Shown: positions 42,715 to 52,484, counted from the stretch's first letter. The stretch: 64,000 nucleotides of DNA from Spirochaetia bacterium (GCA_965198005.1 CBDAOI010000004.1:640001-704000); one strand, 5' to 3'. Made by a program: numbers and translations. Notes: generated by a model not told the origin, from the letters alone.

Positions 42715-43002
42715 GTGGCAGTAAGTAACGCGGAACGACAACGGCGCTATCGAGAGCGCCGCAAGGCAGCGCAGCCCCGGGTGCAGTACCGCAGGCCGCA
42801 AGACCGCAGGTCCCGACCGCAACGCTGGCAGGATGCGGTAGGCACCCTGCTCGACCTCCAGGGTGAGTATCAAGCGTGGCTCGACCACTTGCCCGACAGT
42901 CTCCAGGAGTCCGCGGTCGCACAGCGGCTGGAGGCGATGTGCGGGCTTGATCTTGCCGAACTGGAGAGCGTCGAGCCGCCGCGCGGGTATGGGCGCGACT
43001 GA
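42715..43002 (+). CDS. Small basic hypothetical protein, possibly DNA-binding
   Basis: SNAERQRRYRER...WLDHLPDSL...PPRGYGRD; upstream palindrome gttacgtaac (42682-42691) and repeated cgtaacgg. Confidence 0.65.
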   Translation: MAVSNAERQRRYRERRKAAQPRVQYRRPQDRRSRPQRWQDAVGTLLDLQGEYQAWLDHLPDSLQESAVAQRLEAMCGLDLAELESVEPPRGYGRD

Positions 43003-43192
43003 GGGGGGCTCTGCAGCCCGCACCTCACGTCGTTCCTGACCTGCAAGCGCTGATCAGTGCCGGTCTCGGATTGATGTTCGAGGTGGCACACGGGAGCCGG
43101 GTGGCGGACCGCGCGGTGTCAGCGGTGTCAGCGGTGGTGGGAAACGGCTTTGACGGGCACCTTGCGGGATTCCGGGGGGTGCCCTGGGGTAT

Positions 43193-45108
43193 GAGCGCCA
43201 GGCTAACTGGCATATGACAGAGGGTGAAAGTCCCTCGGAACGAAGGAGCAGCCAATCCACGTTTCTCCGCGAGCCGTGCGTTGGCACCTGCGAGGGTGCA
43301 GGCGAAGCGTCGGCAGCGGTGCGTGCGGGCAGAGTTATGGAGCGCCGCAAAATACGACATCTGGAGTGCCGAGACTCTGTACTCGGTCGAAGGCAACACC
43401 GGTCGAGCCAGTATGGTGAGGATCGACCGGGCTCCACGGCGTCGAAGAACTCAGGCACGTGCGTACGTCATATACCGGGACCTGGGAGGTCTTCGGGTCG
43501 TCCCGGCGAGTCGTCGCCGGGACCGCGGAGGGAAGGCGTGAGGCTGGACCAAAGATGAACGACCCGAAGGAGTCGGACATGGGCATAGTAGCGGCGAAGC
43601 CGGCGAACAAGGGAGCGCAAGCGACTGCGGAGACGGTGGAGCGAAGGCCCATGACCAACGGGAATTCGCAAGGTCAAAGCACGGGCCGGACGCAGAGTCG
43701 GGCAACCGTGACACAGGCGGCCGAGCGGATACGGCAATTCGTAAAGAGAGAACCGCAGGAGAAACTCACTGCGCTGCTGCACCACGTGACGCCGGAAGCG
43801 CTGCGGGTGGCCTATTACGCGCTGAAGCGTGAAGTGGCCCCGGGGGTGGACGGGATGACGTGGCGGGAGTACGAGACGGGGTTGGAAGTGCGCTTGCACG
43901 ACCTGCACCGGCGAGTACACACAGGAGCGTACCGAGCGACCCCGGTACGGCGGGTCAACATCGACAAGCCGGACGGAGGCACACGACCGCTGGGGGTGGC
44001 CGCGCTGGAGGACAAGATCGTCCAGAAGGCCGTGGTGGATGTGATCCTGACACCGATCTATGAGGAGGAATTTCTCGGGATCAGCTATGGGTTTCGACCG
44101 GGGCGCGGGGCACACGATGCGTTGGACGCACTGGCCTACGCCATCGAACGGCGCGAAGTGAACTGGATATTGGACGCGGACATTCGCGCCTACTTCGACA
44201 CGATCTCGCGGGACTGGTTGATCAGATTCCTGGAGCATCGGATTGGAGATCGGCGGGTGCTGCGGCTGATAAAGAAGTGGCTGCGCGCTGGGGTACTGGA
44301 AGAAGGCCGACAGATCGACGCGGGGCGGGGTACAGCGCAAGGGTCGGTGATTTCACCGATGCTCGCGAATATATACTTGCACTACGTGTTGGACCTGTGG
44401 GTCACCAAGAAGTGGCGGCCGCAGGAGGCGCGCGGAGACATGATCATAGTGCGCTACGCAGATGACTATGTCGCCGGGTTCGAGCATCGTGACGATGCGG
44501 AACGCTTCCTGCGGGAACTGAAGGAGCGATTCAGAGGCTTCGAGCTGGAACTGAACGCCGACAAGACCCGACTCCTCGAGTTTGGACGGTATGCCGAAAG
44601 GAACCGCCGAGCACGTGGGGAAGGGCGACCGGAGACGTTCGACTTTCTGGGTTTCACGCATTATTGCAGGAAGGACAGGAAAGGACGCTTCGGGCTGGGG
44701 CGGAAGCCAATTCGGAAGCGGATGAATCGTACGCTGAAGAGGATCAAGATCGAGCTCCGCAGACGAATGCATGATGACGTGATGGAAACCGGGCGCTGGC
44801 TGGGACGGGTACTGCGCGGATGGCTCAACTACTACGCGGTACCCACCAGCTACCGCTACCTGCACCGATTCGTGTGGCGTCTGCGAGGAATCTGGGTAAA
44901 GATTCTACGCCGGAGGTCCCAGAAGGACCGATTCTCCTGGGCTTGGATGCTGGCGATCAGCATCAAGCTGTGGCCCCAACCCCGAATCGTACACTCATGG
45001 CCGGACCGGCGATTTGCCGTCAACCACCGAAGGTAGGAGCCGGATGGTTTAACGACCACGTCCGGATCTGTGCGGGGGGCGTCGGGTAACCGGCGTTCCT
45101 ACCGCGAC
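43193..45108 (+). mobile_element. Group II intron, complete (1916 nt), endonuclease-less; class E-like by recollection
   Basis: 5' GAGCGCCAGG; domain V gagccggatg...cacgtccggatc; domain VI ending ctaccgcgAC (45108); EBS1 candidate gtactc (43379-43384) pairs with exon gggtat. Confidence 0.9.
43555..45036 (+). CDS. ltrA: Group II intron reverse transcriptase/maturase
   Basis: APGVDG, RPLGVAALEDKIVQ, SYGFRPGR, ADIRAYFD, GTAQGSVISPMLAN, RYADD, FDFLGF, GWLNYY; no HNH tail. Confidence 0.96.
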   Translation: MNDPKESDMGIVAAKPANKGAQATAETVERRPMTNGNSQGQSTGRTQSRATVTQAAERIRQFVKREPQEKLTALLHHVTPEALRVAYYALKREVAPGVDGMTWREYETGLEVRLHDLHRRVHTGAYRATPVRRVNIDKPDGGTRPLGVAALEDKIVQKAVVDVILTPIYEEEFLGISYGFRPGRGAHDALDALAYAIERREVNWILDADIRAYFDTISRDWLIRFLEHRIGDRRVLRLIKKWLRAGVLEEGRQIDAGRGTAQGSVISPMLANIYLHYVLDLWVTKKWRPQEARGDMIIVRYADDYVAGFEHRDDAERFLRELKERFRGFELELNADKTRLLEFGRYAERNRRARGEGRPETFDFLGFTHYCRKDRKGRFGLGRKPIRKRMNRTLKRIKIELRRRMHDDVMETGRWLGRVLRGWLNYYAVPTSYRYLHRFVWRLRGIWVKILRRRSQKDRFSWAWMLAISIKLWPQPRIVHSWPDRRFAVNHRR

Positions 45109-45439
45109 CTCCCTGGGTTTGGAAGGCCGTCAGGGGGCCGCTATGAGGCCGACTCGGACGCCGAGCGGCCCGCTGCCGGCCAATCGGCGGTGAATGCCGG
45201 CCCTGAACGGGTCCGAGTGCCGAGATCGTCGCCGCGGCGGCGCTCATGCTGCCGCTCCTGTCCGAGCAGCCTCGAACTCAACCGGCGAGCGGCTCGCGGT
45301 TGCACCTCCGGAGGGCCGCGACGGCCGCAGCAACGGCCCATTCCCCCCGCGCGCGGCGACTGACGGAGCGGCGGCTTGACGCTCGAGGAGGTCTGCCGTC
45401 GCTAGTAGCTGGTCCTGGAGGTGGCTGCGACCCGACCAG

Positions 45440-45675
45440 GCTGGGCTGCCGGCGGTGGCGGCGCGGTCAATACGGAGCCAGCGGTGCCGGGAATCGGCGT
45501 TGACGGGTGTTGCAGGGGGTACCCCAGGCTTACCCCCGAGCGGCTGGAAGGCCCTCAGCGGGCCGCTGTGAGGCCGACGTGGACGGTGACCGGCCTGCGG
45601 CCGGCCACATCGCCGGCGAATGACGGCTCCGGAGGGGCGATGCGCCCGAGTCGGCGCCGCGAGGGGCTCTCGGCT
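45440..45675 (+). repeat. Intron-free copy of the degenerate repeat that hosts the intron
   Basis: Aligns with 43100-43192 joined to 45109-45245 (cagcggtg..gggaa.cggc.ttgacggg; tggaaggcc.tcag.gggccgct.tgaggccgac). Confidence 0.75.
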
Positions 45676-45729
45676 GCCGCGGCTGCCTGAAAGAAATCTC
45701 AAGAAACTTCAATTCGCCTGTTTTTTCTG

Positions 45730-45758
45730 TTGATTGGTTGCCGCAGGGGTGGTATACT
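45730..45758 (+). promoter_or_regulatory. Strong sigma70-type promoter
   Basis: TTGATT-N17-TATACT with TGn extension and upstream A/T tracts. Confidence 0.7.
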
Positions 45759-45788
45759 GAAAGTCTCAGGTTTGAACGGATGCAAAAG

Positions 45789-45929
45789 ATGGCTGAAAAC
45801 ACTACTCAGCGCTGCCACCGGTTAGCGGCAGCGCAACCGGCGCGTCCTACCCTTGCCCCCCCCCGGAATCCTTTCGCGGCGGGGGTTGGCAAATGGTGGG
45901 GCCCCCTCCAGACTGTCTCTTCAGGCCAT
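45789..45929 (+). ncRNA. Putative structured RNA of unknown family
   Basis: Closing stem atggctgaa/ttcaggccat encloses hairpins gcgctgcc/ggcagcgc and ttgcc-ccccc/ggggg-ttggcaa; lies just after the promoter. Confidence 0.35.
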
Positions 45930-45955
45930 TGACTGCCGTTCACCGAGGATTGCTG

Positions 45956-46185
45956 GGCCGATTCGTGGTTGACTGTCCACGGGAGCGGAGGTTATGATAG
46001 GGTGGGATGCAGTCAATCGCGGCATCGCGACTACATCTGGGTATGGCTGTGCCTCACCTGCGGAGGGCTTGAGTGACCTATAACACGTCAACGCTTATGA
46101 CACTCTGTTCCCCTGACAGCCGCTCGCCGAGATTTGCTGAAAATCAGCTCGCGGCGGGCTTGCTTAATGGTGAGGAGTCCCCCCC
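45956..46185 (+). promoter_or_regulatory. Leader module A copy 2 (promoter block ending in C7)
   Basis: Near-identical to 11440-11719; TTGACT-N18-TATGAT at 45969-45998. Confidence 0.85.
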
Positions 46186-46195
46186 AGCTTTTCGA

Positions 46196-46771
46196 ACCGA
46201 GAAACAACTAACCGCTCCGGCTGATCGCCCCGCACGCGCCGTCGCCTTCACCGTCGCTGTACCTATCGGTGGCGCCGGCTCGGTCCATCGTCGAACCCGC
46301 ATGCGGGCCGCCAGCGCGCTTCCCGGCGACCGTAACCGTCCCGGATCCCCGCCCGCGACTGACTGCCGGCAAAACCCCACGCCGGCGTCGCCGGTCAATC
46401 AGACTCGCTGCTTCGCCGACCACCACCCAGTGTGGGGTTGTGACGCAGGTGCCGACGTCCGCCGAGCGGACGGTGCTTGCATGATGGGGCGCGCACGCGC
46501 CGCGCGCAGCGCACCCCACAACACGGCAAGCACCCAGACCAGGCCCTATTCTGCGTCAATTGCCGAAATCTACAGAAAACGGGGGTGCAAAATGATACTC
46601 AAAGAACCTTACGCGCGCGCGGCGTGAGCCGGGGTGAACCCGCAGAGTCACACGCCGCGCGCTCTTATCGTATTGGACTCAGACTGGCCGTCCGCGTTGC
46701 GGGCCCGAGCGTAGCCAGCGAGCGCAAGTCGCTCCGCAATACTCTCGAAAAATCTACATACGGAGAAACGT
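46196..46771 (+). repeat. Leader module B copy 1
   Basis: Colinear homology with 52647-53218 up to the SBP start codon. Confidence 0.85.
46592..46627 (+). CDS. Putative 11-aa leader peptide MILKEPYARAA
   Basis: GGGGGTG SD-like site; conserved with 53022..53057; stop codon lies at a 12-bp hairpin (46615-46626/46651-46662). Confidence 0.5.
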   Translation: MILKEPYARAA

Positions 46772-48583
46772 ATGAACATTGTAAGAATTAGAATGACCTT
46801 CGCGTTTGCGCTGGTCCTCGTAATGACCGCGACCGGCGTCTGGGCCGCCGGCAGCAGCGACAGCGACGGGTCAGCCGCGGCCGAAAAGGAAATGGTGCGC
46901 GACCCCACCACCGGCAAGATGGTGACCGCGCCCGAGTATGGCGGAACAATAACCTATCCCTACAGTGTAATTCATGAGACTACTGACCCCCATGCTAGCG
47001 GCCACTTTGCGAGTGACATCGACAGCGTTAATCAGAAGCTTGCCGTCCCGGACTGGGGAATAGATAGGGACAAACTTGACTACAGAAGCGGTTACGTCAG
47101 TATGGAGTTCTATGTAGGGCAGTTGGCTGAAAGTTGGGAACAGCCTGACCCACTGACTTACATCTTCCACATCCGCCAGGGCGTTCACTACGCCCTTGAT
47201 CCAGACAGTGAGGCCAGCCGCTTAGTAAACGGACGGGAGCTCACAGCCGATGATGTCGTATATTCCATTCAGCGTCATACCGCTCAGGGCGACTTCACCG
47301 AACGTCCGGTCCGGACTTACGAGATGATCAACCTGCCATGGGAATCGATAGAGGCCACGGACAAATATACGGTTGTTATCAAGATGAAGGAGTTCTCCCT
47401 CATTGCGCTAAGGGCTATCATCACCGAAGACACAGGTTGGATATTACCCCCCGAGGTAATCGAGAAATACGGGAACTATGAGGATTGGAAGAACGTGGTC
47501 GGCACCGGGCCCCTTATGCTGACTGACTGGACCGAAGAGGTCTCTAAAACCTGGACCAAGAATCCTGACTACTGGGGCTACGACCCCAAATACCCGCAGA
47601 ACGTCGTGCCCTATGTTGACCAGATAAGGGCCCTGTATATGCCAGAAAGAGCAACAGCTCTGTCGGCACTACGTACGGGTAAGATTGATTTTAGCGGCAA
47701 CGTTCCCCTTCTCAGAACTCTCGACGACGTAAAGAGTCTCCAGCGGACCAACCCCGAAATCACGGTGACCACTACTTTCGCGACTGCTACGACTGTTTTT
47801 ACTATGAACACGCACAAGCCGCCCTTTGACGACATCAGGGTACGCCGCGCAATGCAGATGGCACTGGACCTTAAGGAGATCAGCGATACCTACTATGGCG
47901 GTTTGGCAAGGTGGGAACCTCAGGGCGGGGTAGGGAAAGCCGTCGTGGGGTATAACACCTCATTTGATGAGTATCCCGAAGAGGTCAAGCAATACTATAT
48001 CTATGACCCGGAAGGTGCCGAGAAGCTGCTTGATGAGGCTGGATATCCGCGAGGCGCGGACGGCGTTCGACTCAAGGTCCACCTGCACCACCGCGACGTT
48101 TCGGATTTAGCCTATACAGAAATAGCTGTCAGCTACTGGCGTGAGATTGGCATTGATGTAGATGTTGGTATATACGACACGCCTTCTTGGGTAGCAGCCA
48201 GAGCAGACACTACTTTGTATGAGCTAGCCACTAGCTACCAGGCCTTTACTTTTAACCCTGAAACCTGGGTAACCTATTATCGCACGGATTACAAACATCG
48301 GAGCGAATACATAGGCGGATACCAGAGCCCTGAGATGACGGCCCTGTATGACGCCTTTTTTGCCGCTAAAACCGTTGAGGAGCAGCAGAGGATATTTAAA
48401 GAGTTTGATATGGAGGTCGGCATAAGGCGGCACAATCAAGTATGGGGTCCTATAGCCCCACGGTTTATTCAAGCCCAGCCGTGGGTTATAGGCTATAACG
48501 GTGAAGACACTGGAAATCGTCCTCGTCTCGCCCTCGTCCACCTTTGGATTGACCAGGAGATGAAGGAAGCAATGGGTCATTAG
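46772..48583 (+). CDS. ABC substrate-binding protein family 5, paralog 2
   Basis: GGAG RBS; signal peptide; PEYGGT, LAESWEQPD, VGTGP, PPFDDIRVRRAMQMALD. Confidence 0.95.
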   Translation: MNIVRIRMTFAFALVLVMTATGVWAAGSSDSDGSAAAEKEMVRDPTTGKMVTAPEYGGTITYPYSVIHETTDPHASGHFASDIDSVNQKLAVPDWGIDRDKLDYRSGYVSMEFYVGQLAESWEQPDPLTYIFHIRQGVHYALDPDSEASRLVNGRELTADDVVYSIQRHTAQGDFTERPVRTYEMINLPWESIEATDKYTVVIKMKEFSLIALRAIITEDTGWILPPEVIEKYGNYEDWKNVVGTGPLMLTDWTEEVSKTWTKNPDYWGYDPKYPQNVVPYVDQIRALYMPERATALSALRTGKIDFSGNVPLLRTLDDVKSLQRTNPEITVTTTFATATTVFTMNTHKPPFDDIRVRRAMQMALDLKEISDTYYGGLARWEPQGGVGKAVVGYNTSFDEYPEEVKQYYIYDPEGAEKLLDEAGYPRGADGVRLKVHLHHRDVSDLAYTEIAVSYWREIGIDVDVGIYDTPSWVAARADTTLYELATSYQAFTFNPETWVTYYRTDYKHRSEYIGGYQSPEMTALYDAFFAAKTVEEQQRIFKEFDMEVGIRRHNQVWGPIAPRFIQAQPWVIGYNGEDTGNRPRLALVHLWIDQEMKEAMGH

Positions 48584-48866
48584 GGGTTTTGAGCAGCCGA
48601 CAAGACTGCATTTTAGCCGGGGAAGGACCGGCCGTACCAATTGCCCGTCCGGGATGAGAGGGGGGCTTCGCGGAAACGTGGACTAAACGTGGACTATGGT
48701 GGAACTAGGTTTCTGCCTGCAATCGAAAGAGCGAGGTGGTTATGAATCTCTGCCTAAGGCTTGCGCGCGCCGCGATTCTACCCGGCCACCCCTTGTGGCT
48801 GACTTAGGGAAAAGGGAGCTGGGGGGGCAAACCTCCCGGCTCCCATACTCCTAGAGAGGGCAATTT

Positions 48867-49197
48867 GTCATTTCTGGCGAAGACTCGGAATCCAGAATAC
48901 GCAACCATATTTGACGTTACTCTGGATTCCCGCTTTCAGGGGGATGGTGCCTTCACCAACGATGGGCTACAGGTGTTCTATCGAGTGATCCTTGAACCCT
49001 GGACAGGGGGAATCAAGGCGGACACCCCTTTGAACCCCCGTTTCAAAAGGGGTTTCACCCCTCTGGACTCCCAAAACGGTGAGAGGCGAGTTTCTTGGCA
49101 GGGGTCATTGGCACCTTAGAGAGTGCCGCGCCCTTCAGTGGAAGGGGCCGGAAAGACGTGGAAGGTGGATTGCGGTTTTCACCGCAATGACGGGGGA
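48867..49197. repeat. REP-like palindromic intergenic block, copy 1
   Basis: gtcatt...ggaatccag/ctggattc units plus a block (about 49007-49190) nearly identical to about 55215-55400. Confidence 0.75.
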
Positions 49198-49244
49198 AAT
49201 GGGAATGACGAGAGAGGGGTGGCAATCACAAGGAGTAGTGTGAC

Positions 49245-50207
49245 ATGAGAGCCTATATCATCAGGCGGTTATTGCTCATCATCCCCACCCTGTTTGTCCT
49301 CAGCATTCTCGTCTTTCTCTCGGTCCGCTTCATCCCCGGCGATGTAATAGACGCAATGGTGGGTAGGATGGAAGCCGAGGGGGGCGGCGGCGAGCTTGAC
49401 CGTGAAGCTATGGAGCATATGCTGGGATTAGACCTGCCTGTGCACGTGCAGTATGGACGCTGGATCGGCGGCATCCTCCTGCACGGCACCCTTGGAGAAT
49501 CACTGTTTCGCGGTTGGCGCATCGAGGAGCGCATGCTGGGACGACTGCCGGTCACCGCCGAGCTCGGGCTGCTGGCCATCCTCATCGGCCTGGTCATTGC
49601 CCTGCCGGTTGGCATCTACTCGGCGGTGCGCCAGTACACGGCCGCCGACTACGTGGGACGGTCGGTCGCCATCATGGGGCTGGCGACGCCCAATTTCTGG
49701 CTGGGAACGATGGTGATGATCTACCCGGCCATCTGGTGGGCATGGTCGCCGCCGATGGAGCTGATCCCGTTCGCCCAGGACCCGCTGGGCAACCTCGGCA
49801 TGTTCCTCATCCCCAGCCTGATCCTGGGCACCTACCTGGCGGCCAGCACCATGCGCATGACGCGCACCATGATGTTAGAGGTGCTGCGTCAGGACTATAT
49901 CAGGACCGCCTGGGCCAAGGGTCTGCTGGAGCGGTCGGTGATCCTGCGCCACGCGGTCAAGAACGCCATCATCCCGGTGGTGACGCTGGTGGGCATGCAG
50001 CTGCCGATTCTGGTGGGCGGCTCGGTCATCATCGAGAACATCTTCAACCTGCCGGGGCTGGGGCGGATGATGCTGGCTGCGCTCAACAACCGCGACTACC
50101 CGGTGGTGTCGGGGGTGAATCTGTTCTTCGCCACGGTGGTGGTGTTCGTCAACCTGCTGACCGATCTGCTGTATGCGTCGCTGGACCCGCGGATTCGCTA
50201 CGAATGA
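49245..50207 (+). CDS. ABC permease (OppB/DppB-like)
   Basis: MRAYIIRRLL, QDYIRTAWAKGL, LDPRI. Confidence 0.95.
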   Translation: MRAYIIRRLLLIIPTLFVLSILVFLSVRFIPGDVIDAMVGRMEAEGGGGELDREAMEHMLGLDLPVHVQYGRWIGGILLHGTLGESLFRGWRIEERMLGRLPVTAELGLLAILIGLVIALPVGIYSAVRQYTAADYVGRSVAIMGLATPNFWLGTMVMIYPAIWWAWSPPMELIPFAQDPLGNLGMFLIPSLILGTYLAASTMRMTRTMMLEVLRQDYIRTAWAKGLLERSVILRHAVKNAIIPVVTLVGMQLPILVGGSVIIENIFNLPGLGRMMLAALNNRDYPVVSGVNLFFATVVVFVNLLTDLLYASLDPRIRYE

Positions 50208-50240
50208 GGCAATGAGGCAGTGAGGCAGTGAGGGAAGCCC

Positions 50241-51191
50241 GTGGGTGATGTATCACAGCTGACGCCGGCCGGCGCCGAGCCGGCCGCTGGGGCGGCTGCG
50301 GCTGGGCAGGCTGGAGCGCGGCGGTTCTTCGGCCGGCTGGTGCGTGAGCAGCCGTTGGGCACCGCCGGCGGCATCGTCATCCTGCTCCTGGTGCTGGTCA
50401 GCATCTTCGCCGATGGGCTGGCGCCCTATCGCTTCGAGGAGATCCATCTGCGCGACCGTCTGCAGGCCCCCTCGGCTCAGTACCTGCTGGGCACCGACCA
50501 CGTGGGGCGCGACCTGTTGAGCCGCCTCATCCACGGGGCGCGGCTGTCGCTGACGGTGGGGCTGGCCGCCACGGCCCTCAACGTCGTGGTGGCGGTGCTG
50601 ATCGGCGGCACCACCGGCTTCATCGGCGGGCGGCTGGACCTGGTGACGCAGCGCTTCGTCGACGCCTGGATGGCCTTCCCGGGGCTACTGTTGCTGCTCA
50701 CCATCATGTCGATCGCCGGCCGCGGCATGGCGCAGATCATCATCGTGCTGGGGGTGTCGGGCGGCATCCCCGCCTCGCGGGTGGTGCGCGGCGCGGTGCT
50801 GGGGGTCAAGGAGAACGTCTACTTCCAGGCGGCGCAGGCGATCGGCAGCTCGCGTCGGCGCTCGCTGCTGCGCCACGTGCTGCCCAACATCGCCGCGCCC
50901 ATCATCATCATCTTCAGCATCAACGTCGGCGGGGTGATCATGTCGGAGGCGGCGCTGAGCTTCCTCGGCTTCGGGCTGCCGCCGGACATACCCAGCTGGG
51001 GCGGTATGCTGAGCCGCGAGGGGCGGCAGTACATGGAGATTGCGCCCTGGCTGGCGCTGTGGCCGGGGCTGTGCCTGACCGTGGTCGTCTACAGCCTCAA
51101 CATGTTCGGTGACGCGGTGCGCGATCTGCTGGACCCGCGGCTGCGAGGCCGCCTCGGCCGCTACGGCGCCGCCGCCTCGGCGCGGCCATAG
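50241..51191 (+). CDS. ABC permease (OppC/DppC-like)
   Basis: LLGTDHVGRDLLSRL, RHVLPN, GDAVRDLLDP. Confidence 0.95.
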   Translation: MGDVSQLTPAGAEPAAGAAAAGQAGARRFFGRLVREQPLGTAGGIVILLLVLVSIFADGLAPYRFEEIHLRDRLQAPSAQYLLGTDHVGRDLLSRLIHGARLSLTVGLAATALNVVVAVLIGGTTGFIGGRLDLVTQRFVDAWMAFPGLLLLLTIMSIAGRGMAQIIIVLGVSGGIPASRVVRGAVLGVKENVYFQAAQAIGSSRRRSLLRHVLPNIAAPIIIIFSINVGGVIMSEAALSFLGFGLPPDIPSWGGMLSREGRQYMEIAPWLALWPGLCLTVVVYSLNMFGDAVRDLLDPRLRGRLGRYGAAASARP

Positions 51192-51855
51192 GCCAGCTCA
51201 CCCCGAGCTGAGGTCGCCCGGCCATCGAGGCGTTGGACGCCGGCGGTGCAAACGGCAAGGGGCACCGATTGATCACCTCTACCCCGACGCCGAGATTCTT
51301 GATGCCGACCGTTCGCCCGGGCCGGGATGACGCCGGCCTGGCGCCACGGATGGCATGCAGCTCCCAGGACCGCGACAGGGACGTCGTGGGCTGGGAGCGG
51401 TGGTTGCTATTTTCCGGAGGCGCGCCCGGAACGCGCCCGACCAGGTCGGCGAGCGCCGGACTGTGTATGGGCGTGACCTGGCCGGTCAGCCCGAAGCAGC
51501 GCCTGGCATCATTTTGTCGGCGCATCATCTTGCACCGCAGACCGAGTCGGCGAACTGCATAAGTAGCTCATCACACGACTGACGCGTCGTCCGTTCCTGG
51601 GCCCGGTCAGACGCAATGCGCCGCCCGCACAGACACAGGCGTTCCCGCGCCATGGAGGACAAGCGTGCGGCTGCCCTGTGCGCAGCGGCTGTGCTCGGAC
51701 AGCTTGGGGCGCGTCCGGAGGGAGCTGCATTTCCGGCATCGCGACGCCGAAACTGACTCGACCAGCGCGCCAGGTATTCGCCGGGGCGACCGTCGGCTAG
51801 GCGGCGCGCCCGAGGAAGTGGCCTCGTTGGGAGACTTGGTTTGCAGCCCGATCTG

Positions 51856-52272
51856 TCAGCTCACCTCTTTCTCGAGCCGTTGGCTGATATATTCCAACAC
51901 CGCGGCGGCCATCAGACCCGATCGAGAATCACCGGTCTCCTTCGCATAGTCGTCCACCCGTGACAGAACTCGCTCGGGAATGGTGACGTTGATGCGCCGT
52001 GCTTTGCCACTCACCCTTGAGAGGTCCACGGTCACCATGGCCCATATGCCGTCGCTATAGTCAGCGTTGGCCTGATGTGACTCGATCTTTGTTGGCTCCG
52101 GAACGGGCTCGCGATCCAGGAGAAGCCCCTCTACATGAGTGATGATGGCCTCGGCGGCATTCGTAAGGGCATCGTCCATCGTTCGGCCAACGGAAAAACA
52201 GCCCGGGAGATCCGGCACTGTCACGCCAAAGTCACTGTCCGCATCCTTGTGGATCACGACCGGGTAGTTCAT
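51856..52272 (-). CDS. hicB: HicB antitoxin
   Basis: YPVVIHKD..FGVTVPDLPGCFSVG, C-terminal RHH RINVTIP; ATGA overlap with hicA. Confidence 0.93.
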   Translation of the reverse strand: MNYPVVIHKDADSDFGVTVPDLPGCFSVGRTMDDALTNAAEAIITHVEGLLLDREPVPEPTKIESHQANADYSDGIWAMVTVDLSRVSGKARRINVTIPERVLSRVDDYAKETGDSRSGLMAAAVLEYISQRLEKEVS

Positions 52273-52463
52273 CGTTCTCTCCAGTCCCACCCAGCCTGGC
52301 GAAAGATGCTCTTCAGCGTACCGATGGGCAGATCCGCGTTAGGGTGGGGCACCGTGACCTTTCCCTTCTTCTCCGGATGTTTGAATTGGTAGTGGCTCCC
52401 TCTGACGTTGTGCAACAGCCAACCATCCCGACGAAGAAGCCTGATTATCTCACGGCTTTTCAA
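52269..52463 (-). CDS. hicA: HicA toxin
   Basis: KSREIIRLLRRDGW...RGSHYQFKHP..GKVTVPHP..DLPIGTLKSI; TTG start. Confidence 0.93.
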   Translation of the reverse strand: MKSREIIRLLRRDGWLLHNVRGSHYQFKHPEKKGKVTVPHPNADLPIGTLKSIFRQAGWDWRER

Positions 52464-52484
52464 CAGTGTGTATACTACACACTG
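52464..52484. promoter_or_regulatory. Probable HicB operator
   Basis: Perfect 9-bp IR cagtgtgta-N3-tacacactg abutting the hicA start. Confidence 0.65.

Noticed and set aside
43555-45036. RT as part of a DGR or retron diversifying the SBPs
   Set aside because: The RT is embedded in a group II intron with domains V and VI; no template/variable repeat pair with adenine-specific differences was seen.
45809-45840. Classical H-type pseudoknot or self-cleaving ribozyme
   Set aside because: There is no linker between stem 1 and the second pairing strand, and no match to ribozyme cores I recognise; kept only as an alternative pairing.
51192-51855. Coding potential between oppC and hicB
   Set aside because: Several short ORFs are present but no recognisable motif or RBS; probably degraded sequence.
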